A program made the translations under genes and the position numbers. The notes beneath the pieces were generated by a model. It was not told the DNA's origin and ran no database searches. It was given only the letters and a program-made list of their open reading frames with translations. A stretch of DNA of 64,000 bases from Lama glama (Eukaryota). The stretch lies in NCBI GenBank assembly GCA_028534125.1, contig CM052817.1, positions 89,902,001-89,966,000 on the forward strand. Direction: 5' to 3'. This document shows, one piece after another, positions 38,708 through 51,225 of this stretch. Numbering within the stretch: the stretch's first letter is position 1; each line of letters begins with the position of its first letter.

Positions 38708-41639
38708 GTTATAAATATGAAAAAATAACTGTACTTTTTAATCTGAAACTGTGAACATGAGCTTCAATTTCTCATTTTCAGTATTTTTATTGGCTTTAGT
38801 GTGTAAATGACACAATTCCTCATTCTTGGTCAAATGCTGCCTTTGGTTCTCAAATTTTTTTCTTGCCTACAGCAGTTTCACTTGAATATACTGACTTAAA
38901 CTATAATTGATTTAGTTTGAAAATAAATTCGTAAATTATAAGTAAACAAGGGTGACTTTTAGATAATTGATTGTTCTCAAATCAGTTATTCTGAATCAAT
39001 TTAGTGTTTCAAACCAAAGATCAATTTTTAATTTAGTTTCTCAGAATAAAGCTTTCATTAAAGATATTAGCCCAAATGTCTTTCTTTCATCATTTGGATT
39101 AGCAAGGGAAGAAGAAGGTCTTACTGTGAAGTGATATCCAAGTGAAGTTCATTACCATGGTTAGTAATAACTATTTTCTGAAAAAAAAAAAGAAGTGGTG
39201 CAATTCACAGGGGTATACATTTCTGTTAAAAAATAATAATCAACATTTCATTCAATGTACTTCCCTTCTTCTATGTACTAATTCCATAGACCATAATCAA
39301 AACTGCATGTTTCTCATCTCAAGTTTCTGTGGCTATAACTATTTTTCCCAGCTAGTAACAGATTCATTTTTGCTAAAATTCTATTATTCTGGGCAATTTC
39401 TCTCAAGAATTGTAACAATTCTTCTGAAAACAGATCAGCAGCTTTCAGTATAATCTTACTTTATCTAACTGGAACAAGGTCCACTTCTGGTAAATCCTGC
39501 AACTGGATGTGACAGGAATAGAAAACTCTATTTCAGTACCTTGCAGAGTGTGGTAAAAGGCATTTGGAAGGTGGTTTGGATTGTTTTTGTTTTGTTTTGT
39601 TTTCAATTCTTGTCTTAGAATTAGCTTTTGTTCTCTTTTATTTTTAGTAATGCTTTAAAATGAAAGCTTTTGTATTTTAAGAGAAATGAAATAAAGTAAT
39701 AAGGGAGGTTTCTCTTTCAACTGTTTACTGAACATATAAAAATATAAACAAAGACCTTTTTGATATATTTTGAACTTACTACATTAAAACAGGTTCAGAA
39801 ATAAACTGCTGAATTTTACACTTAGCTATACACATTCACAAATAATTATTAACACACATGTATGTACTCAGAGGCTGGTACTGAAGATACTAAAATTGAA
39901 AAGAAAGAAAAATCAACTTTACTAAATATATATCTGAGGGAGAAGGTGAAAGAGGGGAGAACAGAAAGAAAACAAAAAGGGAGCAAGAGACAGGGCAGCA
40001 GAGAGGGAAAAAGAACGAGATAGAGGAACTGAAATCACTTCAACTGTATTTACTTTAACAATCTACAGTAGCTTGATGCAATTATTTAAAATTTAATTTG
40101 GTCAAGGAAGTTAATTTAAAGAAAGTTTAGTCAAAAGTTTAATCTAAATGAAAAAAAAATCTCATGAAGAATATCAAATCCTTAAGATAGTTAAATTGGA
40201 GACAGGTATTAATTATCACTTTATAAGGAAATTAAATGATCTGCCCAAGGCTACAAAGCCTAAAAGTCATTCAACCAGGTCTGTGGCAAATTAAAAAGAA
40301 AAAAAAGAAAGAACACACTGTATAGTAATCTAACATGTAAGGTTTTTATTGATTGAAATGATATCAGTTTTCTCAAATTCTTTAAAATGTTCAACAGTTC
40401 CTAAAAAGAAAAAAAAACTCTGGGTGTGTTCAAAATAACTCATTTTAGCATACGTAACAATCTTTGTAAGTATTGCAGAGCAGTGAACATCTCTGGGAAG
40501 GATATCCTTTGGTCTCTTCTTTCTCCCCTTTTCCCTGGCCATCTTTTCTTCCTCCATCTCCTCCTCTTCAAAGCGGCTACCATATACTCAGTATTTAGTA
40601 GCCTTACAAATATTCATATTCAATACTGAGTATTTACATATACTGTCTGGTCTCATCTTCAAATCTATTCTACACTGTAATGTTTATTACCCAAATTTAT
40701 AAACAAGGACTTTGAGACTAAGTTTGGAGGGCTAACTCCTTTGCTGTGCTCTTTAGGCCACACATTGTATTACATTATTTCACAATTGGAGTGAATAGTT
40801 GCAAAGAGGTCAATGCATATAAATAAGAGAGCAGAGAAATAGAGGATTCAAAATTTCCAGATATGAAACCAACCCAGTATTTCAGAGAAGACATGAAGTA
40901 ACGAACCAGAGGAGAATATTAACCCCTAATTTGGGCAAGGAAAAGGACAATAACCAACATACAAAACTCAGGGAATATATAGACAGTTTTAATTAAGTCA
41001 GAACAGCCAGAGTCCTTTAAGACCAGGCAAGTACATAAGATTCAGACATACCCAAGTCTTGGATGTTGAAGTAGGGTGGGAAGAAAAAAAAAAGATATCT
41101 AATAAGCAATCAGGATAGGACACCAAGGCGCTAGGCAGAATAAGACTTTGAATTTTAAGTAACTTCCATCTCAAAGATACAATTCCTGCTGGTGCAAGAG
41201 ACAGTCTCTGGGTCAAGATAGGTCATTGTTTTTAAGATCGGAAAAACATATTGTAGAGATTAGTAAGTGAAAAATATGGATCAGAGCTTGTTAGATGTCA
41301 GTAGAAACACATAACTTCAAATACAGAAAAGAATTATAGGCTGAGCAGAAGCATTGCCTAAAATAAGTTAATTTCTGTTACAGACTCTAAAATGTAGATT
41401 GCTCAAACACAATAGAAGTTTCTTTCTTTCTCACATGATGGTAATGGGAGATGCCATCCTCCATGCACTCATTCAGAAACTCAGGCTGATGGAGTTCCCA
41501 CCATTTTCAACATGTGCTTTCCAAAGGGCCTATCTTCCTTCCAAGGGAGAGAAAAGCATTCTGGACTCTAGAATTCAGCAAAATACTTCTCTCCAATTTC
41601 TAACTACAGGAAATGAAACTGACTGATGGTCCCAGCTGC

Positions 41640-41991
41640 TACACTCTGAAAACAAACCCTGCCATGTGTGCCCAAGTCACACCAGTGGCTGAGCGTGGCC
41701 AAAACACTAAGACAGGCAGTCCTCTGATGGCAACTTTGTCTTGAAGACTCCCCACCTGCCTTGCTGCCACTTTCTTAGTACTGCACTACAGTCTAAGATT
41801 TCTCCTGCACAATTTTCCTTCCTTCCCCCTCTCCTTCATAGGAATTAGAACTACATCAAGATCTGAGCATTCTATCAACATCTTCTGACTCCTCATTTTC
41901 CTCATAGATGATTTTCCACAAAAAAAAAAAAAACGACTTGCATGTGTAAATGTGTCTAACATCTGTTTCTCAGAGACCCCAAACTAATGCA
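41640..41991 (+). mobile_element. LTR16-like ERVL 5' LTR
   Basis: 'gggcaactttgtcttgaagactcccc...tgtttctcagagaccccaaactaatgca'; start approximate. Confidence 0.7.
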
Positions 41992-43896
41992 AAGCGTGCC
42001 AGAAGGCAAGCAGTAAATTGGGGTCAAGGACTAGGTCACTTACTAGCTGGCAGTGAAAGAGGATGCTATTCTGAAGAATGTGGGGCACCGGTAATCCCTG
42101 GCACATAGTATAATTTAATTGCTCATGATTTCCCTAGAGGAGACCTGGGAAATTATCCCGGTGGAGAGAAATTCCTTCACAGATTTAATAATTCAGGCAT
42201 CTGAAAAATATTAGGGCAACAATACTTAGATAGCATTGGAGCTTACTACTGCAAAGTTCAATTACTGCCCTGCAGAAAGACAATGTGAAATTCAGGACTT
42301 AAAGACTGAGAGGCAGAAGGGTTCTATGGAAGACTGCAGAGAGCCCCTTGCCTTGTAGTGGAAGAGGGGACACAGGTAAGCATCCAACTCCAGTAATCAC
42401 AGCTGCAGAATTTCAGATGTGTTTAAATGCTCAGTAAAGGCAGGTGTGCCCTGCTACAATCAGGGCCTGGAGTGGCACCCTGAAACACAGAATGAGGAGT
42501 TTTGAATGGACCCCTGTGAACGAATTGTCTCTACAGACATTCGTGCTCCAAACCCTTAGAGTTCACACAGTTGGTCTACTTTTCCTTAGTAAGAGCCAGA
42601 TGTCTTGCTGAAGATGCTGAAGAGGTCCAACCCCTGCAACATGATAGGGGCTCCTCTCTGGACCGCCACTCAGCTCCTCTCCTGGCTACTAAGCCAATTA
42701 ATAGGGGTTTAAATCCCAGGATGGCTGGGCTGGGGAAATGCTCAGCTGAGAAGGAAGGAAAAGAATTATACCTGGAAGGAAACATAATAGTCATTTACAT
42801 ACTAATAACATGAGCCAGGGGACTGCCCCTAGGATTGGATTTTGGGAGGACTTGATCAAGGGGACTAATATATATGACAGGATAAGCAATATTTTGGTGA
42901 CTTAGAGGCACATTCTAGGGTTACAGGGATTTATCACCCTAGGAAGGACCCCAGAGTAGGGGACACACTACTCACCACTAGAGTGACTGTCACATGCCTG
43001 AAAAAGGGCTGTGACAATTGCTGAATGAAATGGAAAGGCTCAAGTTGCCTGAATGACAGTTAAGGAAAGAATAAAGGGACCAGGTAAAGAGGGCATGTTA
43101 GACTGGATGTATTATGTGAGAAAAAAAAATCACCAAGTTATGCTCTTTGCAAGGATCCAAAAGATGTATTGTTTCACAGCCATCGTGAAACTGGTGTCAC
43201 ACAAGAATTTCAGTAGTGGCCCTTCTCTGCAGTCACAGAGCTCACTCTTTAACATTCAAAATGATGTCGTGCCATAAAGTAACAGAGGTCAGATGGTGGT
43301 ACTTAACTGCTGGAACTCAAGAAGCCAGAATTACCATATAAACATCAAGGTTGTGTGAGCAGCCACAAAGAGTTGATGAGAGTGTTTGGAGATAACTCAT
43401 AGACAATGGCATCCCTAGGGGCAAATAGACTAGTAGCTAATAAGGGGATTGATCAAATTTTAGGATCAGAACAAGGCAAAAGCGGAGGAACAGGAGGCTG
43501 AGGGCAGTTGTCCCAATAGAAAGTCATTATTACTTGCTCAATGTTCAAACTTGAACCAATTTTCAGATCCAGAATTTACTAACTGAAGAAGGGGCCAGGT
43601 GTCCAAAAGGAAGGACTCTGCCATATTCCAGTAAATACATACTATAATGATCACCCCAGTCCTTCCTCAGGAGGACGTATGGCCATTTACTATGATGAGT
43701 ACTTTGGAAAAAGTGGAATACCGAAACATTTCCAGGATCATTGAGCACCAGGTCTGAGAAAACATTGATACCCAATGACCTAAAATACGGCATATACATT
43801 AAACTAGAGACCTTGAGGTGGTGCTCTGTCTTCAAAAGGAAGACTACGTGGGTCTAGGAAGTAAATAATAAAAACAGGAGTAGCTCAGTAACCATC

Positions 43897-44221
43897 TGTA
43901 CTGCAGGCTCTCAAGGCCTGGCAGGTTCATGGATTTGGACAGACAGAAGAACACTCTCCAGCCGCAGGTATCATGACGTGCCTTTATTGCAGAGGAGTAC
44001 ACAGGCTTCAATGGCCCCGGGGGGAGGAATGTCCCGTCCACCTTATATAACAAGGCAAGCAAAGCCAGCATCCAGCCAACTATGATAGGAGCTAACCAGC
44101 ACGCTTGCGCGGGGCAAGTCACGCATATATAACGCTACGTGGGTACTGCGCATGCGGGATAGTACAGCTGCGTCACTGGGTGACTGGCGAGGGAGCCTGC
44201 GTGACTCCTTTTTCCCCTACA
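43897..44221 (-). mobile_element. Young CpG-rich solo LTR (325 bp)
   Basis: TGTA...TACA termini; perfect CCATC TSD; minus-strand TATATAA ~44049-44043 and AATAAA 43988-43983; ~15 CpGs counted by eye. Confidence 0.85.
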
Positions 44222-44226
44222 CCATC

Positions 44227-45062
44227 TGTGGTAGTTGTGTCAACTTGTCTGCATCACAGTGTCCGGATGCTTAGTCAGACATTCTGGATATTTCCCTAAA
44301 AGCATTTTTTGTTTTTGTTTTTAATTCTGTGACTGGTGCTTCAGTCCTTCCGGTCCCTCAGGAACTTGCACTCGCGGTGGAACACGACCTTGCAGAGGTG
44401 TCGCTGCGCGCACAGCGCCAGTGGGCCGCGCCTCCAGGCGGTCAGCGGAGAGCCTGCCAGCACCTGGCGCTCCACTGACACGCTCTGGCCTCAGCCGCCA
44501 GCCCGCCGCGCTACCGCTGTGGTGAAGCGCCCATGCCTCGGCCGCAGCCTGTCTGGCAGGTGCCGGGCAGACGCCCGCCCGCAAGCGGCGCCGCAGCTCC
44601 TCCAGCTCTAAGGCACCCGCCACTCGGCCCTGAACAGCACCAGGGGCCCCTCGTGGAGGAGGGTGAGGGCCACCAGGACTATCTGGCCCAGGACTGGAAG
44701 GACGTGGGCCACTCCCAGGGAGTCTGCAAGGTGTTTTTTAAGAATGAGAATAACATTTAAATCTTTGAGTAAAGCAGATTAGCCTCCACTACCCTCCATA
44801 ATGCGGGTGGACCTCATTAAATCAGTTGAAGGCCTTAAGGAGGAAGGCTGAGCGCCCACAAGTGAGGAGAAATTCTGCAGCAACTACTTTTGGACACAAA
44901 CTGCGACTCTTCCAGGGTCTCCAGCATGACAGCCTACCTCTTGGATTTTAGACTTGACAAGCCGCCCCAATCAGGTAAGCCAGTTCCTTAAAAATCTCTC
45001 TGTGTATATGCTCACATCCTGGTTTTTTTTTTTTTTTTTTCTCTGAAGAGCCCTGACTCATG
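44227..45062 (+). mobile_element. MLT2 (ERVL) LTR, split by a retrocopy
   Basis: 'tgtggtagttgtgtcaacttg...attctggatattt' continues as 'aacatttaaat...tgagtaaagcagatt...ccctccataatgcgggtggacctc...aatcagttgaaggcct...ccctgact'. Confidence 0.85.
44311..44722 (-). pseudogene. 5'-truncated processed pseudogene (retrocopy) of an unidentified GC-rich gene
   Basis: Decayed poly(A) (plus-strand T-runs 44305-44322) after an ATTAAA; minus-strand codon-like GC3-rich segment ending ...HLCKVVFHRECKFLRDRKD* (stop 44343-44341); in-frame stops or frameshifts upstream; TT/AAAAAA target and degenerate TSD (aaagcatttttt / aaggtgtttttt). Confidence 0.7.
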
Positions 45063-45278
45063 CCATCATTTCCAAAGGCCCTCTGAGGGGTTCTGTGCTT
45101 CCAGTTTCCACAGCTCTAGTCTTTGTAGGGTTAGAGGGTTTCTTCCCCAAAGGGGATGCACTTTTGTCAGGGCAAACAATAAAAGTTTCCATTGAAATAT
45201 GAACCTTAGAGCGTTTTAGATCTTTACATCAAGGGACCAGGAGGCAACAAATGTATCACCGTATTGGCAGGCATAATT

Positions 45279-45462
45279 TTTTTGTATCTTTTAAAAATTT
45301 TATTTATTTAATTTATTTACTATTGTATTATTTAATTATTATAGTCTGGCCAGGGGAGAGGTAATTAGGTTTATTTATTTATAGAGGAGGGACTGGGGAC
45401 TGAACCCAGGACCTTGTGCACACTAGGCATGCACTCTACCACTTGCGCTGTACTCTCCCTGC
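45279..45462 (-). mobile_element. Camelid Vic-1-type tRNA-derived SINE
   Basis: Minus strand: A-box-like 'tacagcgcaagtgg', B-box 'ggttcagtccc', characteristic 'aaataaataaacctaattacctc' body; TSD ttggcaggcataatt / ttgtcagggataatt. Confidence 0.85.
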
Positions 45463-45749
45463 TTGTCAGGGATAATTGAACCTGATTAGAAGTAGAGCTG
45501 TTTCTATACTAGAGGGATATGGAGGAATTTGTCACCCAGGTGGTCCGTTTTAGTGCCCCTTGGTAATTTCATGCCCCACTGGAACTGTGATTGGACAGGT
45601 GCAACACCCTTGCCTTGAGAAAGGTATGATTACTGAGGACAGACTCCTCAGGAATGAAGGTTTGGGTTATATAACCAGCTAAGCCACAGAAAACTGCCAA
45701 GGTGAGAACTAAGGGTGAAAGAAATTTAGGATTTCCCCAGAATTGAACT

Positions 45750-45940
45750 TTAAGATGTTTCCAACCCACTTTTCCCTTCGTTTCTCTCCTCCCATTGGGC
45801 TCAGACCTGGAAAGGAGTCTGAAGGCTTTTCCACACGTCTTCCCTCGCTGCCGTTTTTTCTCACAGGCATTTTTCCCAGTAAATCTTTTGCATTTTCAAT
45901 CCCGTCTTGACCCCTACTATTCTGAGGTGCTGAACTAAAC
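45750..45940 (+). mobile_element. LTR16-like ERVL 3' LTR remnant
   Basis: 'ctcacaggcatttttcccagtaaatcttttgcat...aatcccgtcttg...tgaactaaaca' resembles the end of the 41640-41991 LTR. Confidence 0.6.
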
Positions 45941-47789
45941 AAGGAACATGTTTGTGCGTGGGAGACCTGGAAAGGGCATCCATCACTTCCTCTCACAGGG
46001 CAGTGCCTGTGACTCAGTCATATACCTGTATGGATCCACAACAAAATTAAGGAAATGTGGTCTAACTGTGCTCAGACAGAAGCGGAAAGTATAGATTTAG
46101 TGAGAGAAAGAAAACGCTGCTACAGCAGTGTTGTAGAAGACTGGTGACTAGAGAAACTGAGGAAAAACATTTAAAATGGCACCTTCATCAGTGTTCAGTA
46201 CTCCAAAGTAATGAGGTTTTCGTTGTTGGTAGTGGTGCTTGTTTAGTTTCTGGTTTGTGTGTTTGTTTCACATGTACACAAGTACCCACTTACATTTATA
46301 AAATGATATTCAGATGTATAATTGGAATCATTATTAACTCAACATAGGTATTCATGTGATCATATACATTTCAGTCATTTTAATAACTTCATAATATTTC
46401 ATGAGCTGTTTGTACCATAATTTCCGTAGTCAGTCAGTCATCCATTACTGGACTGTTAGTTTTTTTTTTTCTTTCTCTATAATTATAGACAAGGCTGGAT
46501 GATATTTATGCATATAAAACTCTTTTGTTTGTCGGTTGGTTGGCATGGGGCATTTACCCCTCTTACCTAAATAACTCCTCATATTTCAGCTCTGAACTTT
46601 ATTATAATTTTCTTAGGATGCCTTTCCAGACTCTAGATTATAGTTTATTCTATCTCTTTTATCCTATCTCAGTTTGCTGTATTCCACAGCATGTGTTATA
46701 TAGTTCGTTGCTACAAAAGTCTGCAAGTTTTAAGTTTGAAAAATTCTCTCTTTTGCTCATCAAAATGTGCTATGCATGAGGGCGGGAACATTCTTGTTTT
46801 GTTTACTATATTATCTGTGGCACAGTAGCCAACACATAACATATATTCAGTAAATATCAGTTTAATTAATAATCAAATTTGCTTTTCAACAATTTCTAAT
46901 TAAACAGATTTTTGAATGCTTTCTTTAATTTTTAATCTATTTAAGAAATGCATTTATATATGGAAATATGTATGTTTTTAATTTGTGTGAGGTCTTTAGT
47001 AGGAAAATTAGCTTGTTGAGATACTCAGTACAAAATATTTTCTGAAAACATGTTGTTTCTTGTTAAATAATGTTTAAGGAGGTTGTTTAATTGGCCAGAT
47101 AGGTGAAGAAATCTGTGGTTAATAGCTAATACATTTGACATCATAATGTAGGAGTGTGATCTACATGAATATGAATTTGTATCTTCTTCCAAACCTGTAA
47201 ATGGTCAAACTAAGAAGTTTGATGGTAGTAAATGTCAATAGAAATGGAGGTTTTCTTTTAATAGAACAGGTTAGTCATAATCAAGTGAATAATCAAGACA
47301 GGAGAGTAACCTAAGGTAAAGTCAAACAAATACATTGGAAATAAAGCTATAGACAAGAATAGACAAGCTTATTGATCTGTAAAATGATGGTAGAAAAATT
47401 TAGCTGTCTGCATTACTGCCTCTCAAGAAACAAATAAATCTGGCAACCCTGTGTTGGCAATGTTATCTTACCCTCCTCTCCTTTATTCTGCTTGGTGCTT
47501 ATGTCGTTTGAGGGAGAGTGAATCCTGCAGGCTGTACACTGCTGTCATTGTGCTTCTGATAAAAGTAGTTTTGAGTCTTTATATAGTATTGTGTGGAAGT
47601 AATATTTTTAAATCTACAACTAAGTAAGGCAATACTTTCTTGTTTTGTCCACAAATTAAAAATTACTCAGTTGCCCAGAGTAGATATTTCCTGGGTTAGT
47701 TTTATCTATATATTTCTTCATAGCTTGGATAAACCTGATTGGTTGAAGAAAAAATCAAATGAACTTGATAGGAATTGTCTATTTATACA

Positions 47790-50140
47790 CCTATTTTCAT
47801 CAACCAACTAAGCACCATATGGATTGTTCCTGGCATTGAATTTGTGTGACGTGTGATGTGTGTTATTTCAAAAGATAAACAAGTCTCAGCCTTTGCTCTC
47901 AAAAGTCAAGATTTAATAAGGATGGGAAAGGAAATACATTTTCATTTTAAACTTTGCTAAATGAGCAGACTAAGCCTTATATGCGATTAGTGCCTTTAAC
48001 AAGACATAAGCTGGAGGGTCGATCAGAGCAAAACACGCCTCTAAATTTTAAGAGTATCAAAAACAGCCTCCAGGTGGTGTGGTATTTGACTGCAGCCTTT
48101 AGTGATGGATGGAATTTCAAGACTTGTAAATGAGAGGAAAAGAAATATGTTCCAAAAGAAGGAATAACATAATTAAAAGTTCAGTTATTACAAAAACAAA
48201 GATCACATGCATTGAACAGAGGGAGTTATTTGCCAGAGTTATTTGAAGATGGGGGAGATATATGGGAGGACAGACAGTTGCCCTGATTCTCTGAAGGGTG
48301 ACTGACAGCTCTTGCTCATTGTAAATTGGGAACTGTGTTGGTATGAGTATGATATGATACTCTGTCTAATCTCACAGTGATGTAGGCTGTGTCTGAGTTG
48401 AGAGATGTATAAAGGAAGAAAAGAATTTATTAAAATAGACTTGAATTAGTCTGAAATAGGGAGAAGTCAGTACAGAAAAAGAACTTTATAACTGTACAAA
48501 GCACTTTCAAGTTAATGTAGAATCTAACAAAATATTCAAAATATTGCTAAATGGGCATTATGAGAAGAGAAACACAAAAAAGATAAAGATAACCTGAAAG
48601 TTTCTAACTAAGTGAATCTGTGACACTAAGAGAATTGGAGGAAGAAAGAGAAGGAGCTGCCTGGTCCATAAATAATTTTATCCATTTTTTTTAGCAATTA
48701 GTAGCTGAATCTACTGTATGTTAGCTACTAGTTTATGTCATATACCTTGGCTCTTGGATTGCTGTAGATTAAAAATGAAAATATAAAAAGTACAAGATTT
48801 GGTTTATATCACATTGAGTTTTAATTGTACATTAGGCCTCGGTAGAGATGTGCAGATAGCAGGTGGAAATAAAACCTTGAAACTGGGTATTATGCTCTCA
48901 ATATTTCTGTCCCTCCCAAAATTCATACGTTGAAGCCCTAACCTCCAATGTAATGGAATTACAGGTGGAGTCTTTGGGAGGTAATTTAGGTTTACATGAG
49001 GTCATTAGGGTAGAACCCCATGATGGGATTAATGCCCTTATAAATAGATGAAGAGACACCAGAGCTTTCTGCAAGCCAGGAAGAGGACCCTCACCAAGAA
49101 CTGAATCTGCTGGCAGTAGAACGTAGGACTTCTCAACCTCTAGAACTGTGCAAAATAAATGTCTATTGTTTAAGCCACTCAATATATGGTATTTTGTTAT
49201 AGATGCCCAAATGAACTAAAACACTAGGTTTGAGAAGACTGAACATTAGAAATAGGTAAAATTCATGAATTTGATCAAAGAACAAAATGTTAAACTTATT
49301 GGAAAAACAATAGTACTAGAAAGTATGGAACTAAAGAAGACAAGAGGATAAATTTAAGAAGAGATATTCAATAGTATCATATCCTATTTCAGAAGCAAAG
49401 TACAAAGAAGCCTGAGAAAGTAAATAAACTTAGAAAAGTGGTTATATTAAGAGAGTGGAAATGGCAAAATGATTCCAGAAGATATGGAAAATTTTTATTT
49501 ACTTCAATGCATGTTAACACTACTAATTTCAAGATGTTCTGCAAATCACTGGAGATTTAGAAACAGTAGAACAAGATAGACACAATCATCCCTTGTACAG
49601 GAGAATGTCAAAATTGTAAAATAATTTAAAAAATATAAATTGTAAAAGGAACACTCAAGCTTTGTGATGGATAACAGAGCAACTACATAGTGTTCAGGAA
49701 AGACTGTTTAAACAAATTTGAAGGATAAGGATGAACCAACCATGAGAAGACTGCGGGGATGAGCATTCCAGGCAGAGAAAAAACACCATGCACAACAGCC
49801 CTCTGTGAGAGTTTACTCAATTCCAGGAACTGAAAGAAAGCCAATAAGACTAGAGCAAAAGAATAAGGTCGAGAGTGGATGGATGTGAGCCTGGAAAGGT
49901 AAGAAATGGAAACATATACTTGTTTAGAAACAATAAGGGATTTGGGATTTCTTTTTCTTTGTGCACCAGACATCCATTTAGAGTATCTAGTATGAGGTGA
50001 TATTATTTCTGTAAGCATAATAAACATTTGACAGCATTATGTTGAATTTATATAAGATGGAGCCAGTGATAAAGAGTACTAGTCAGGAGGCTACTACATT
50101 TTGGAAGAAAGAATAGTGACCTGGATTAGGGGTTTGGAGG
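47790..50140 (-). mobile_element. L2 fragments
   Basis: Antisense L2-like sequence ('agcattccaggcagagaaa...gaactgaaagaaagcca'). Confidence 0.6.
48888..49223 (+). mobile_element. MLT1A/B-like solo LTR
   Basis: 'cccaaaattcatacgttgaagccctaacctccaatgt...aataaatgtctattgtttaagcc...gaactaaaaca'; CTGGG/CTAGG 5-bp flanks. Confidence 0.88.
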
Positions 50141-50384
50141 AAAAACAAATAATGTTTAATAGCCAAGGAGGCTCTCAGTTAAAAATACCTGGGTCTAATA
50201 ACATTCGTGCCATGTACTACATTGTGACATTAATCTCCACTCATTTCTAAAGAGCCTTAAATTTACCATAAATAAAATAGAAGAGTTGCAAGTCAAGTGC
50301 CTGGAAAAGAGTTTCTCAATCTTTGAGTTTATGAAGGAGGACTCAGAATCAACATTTGTGGTAGAGGAGAAAAAGCAGAATTAA

Positions 50385-51225
50385 GCATTTATATAGAAAT
50401 GAAACCAACTTAGAACAACAAAGATAATTTTAAAAATGAGAATAAATCCATAGAACATACATTACCTGATTTTAAGTCTTATAAAGTTACAGTAATCAAA
50501 AGGATAGTATTAGTGAAAGGATAAACATATAGATCAATGGAATAGAATAGAGAGTCAGAAAATGCACGTATATCATCCTTGCTTTTAAATAAAAGTTCTA
50601 GACAGTTTATTGAGGGAAAAATGTCTTCTGACATACTGTGCTGGAAAAACTAAATATCTATATGAGAGATAAGTAAACATCAACACATAGCTCACACAAT
50701 ACACAAAAGTCAAATTAAAATCGATTGTGGATCTGAAACTAAAAGTTAATAATGTAAAACTTTTAGAAGAAAATTTAATAGAAAATGTGTAACCTTTTGG
50801 AGAAAAGAAAGATTTCTAAAATAGGACACCAAAAGCAAGAGCCTTTATAAAATGAACAGAATTTTCTCAAAATTAAAAGCTTTACCTCTTTAAAGAGCAC
50901 CATTACAAAAACTAAAAATAAAAAAAAGCAAGCTGCAGAATGTAAATTAATATTTGTAATATATGTTTCTGATAAAGACATATATTCAGATTATATAAAG
51001 AACACTCACACCTCAATAATAAGCCAACAATGCTACAGGCAAACAGTTCAACAGATACTTCAGAAGAGAAGTATGCTAATAATCAACAAGTGCACAAGAA
51101 GATGTACTATATCACTAACTGCAAGGGAAATCCAAAGTTTAAACACAATTAAGATACCACTTCACACAAGCAATAATGGGAAAAATTTTAAAGACTTTCG
51201 TTACCAAGTGTTGGCAAGGATTTAA
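50385..51225 (+). mobile_element. Old L1ME ORF2 3' fragment
   Basis: 'agttacagtaatcaaaa...atagatcaatggaatagaatagagagtc'. Confidence 0.75.

Larger units (their letters stand above)
41992..45720 (+). mobile_element. Degenerate ERVL (ERV3-16A3-like) internal sequence, interrupted by later insertions
   Basis: Lies between two LTR16-like ends; ERVL-int-like phrases ('ggacttgatcaagggg', 'gactggatgtattatgtgag', 'ggaatgaaggtttgggt'); no intact ORF. Confidence 0.6.

Noticed and set aside
44533..44760. Plus-strand ORF with DVGHSQG (lipase-like or cytochrome b5-like motif)
   Set aside because: Surrounding residues fit neither family, and its end runs into the TSD and MLT2; not enough for a call
45390..45460. 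tRNA-like sequence
   Set aside because: SINE head with degenerate boxes, not a tRNA gene
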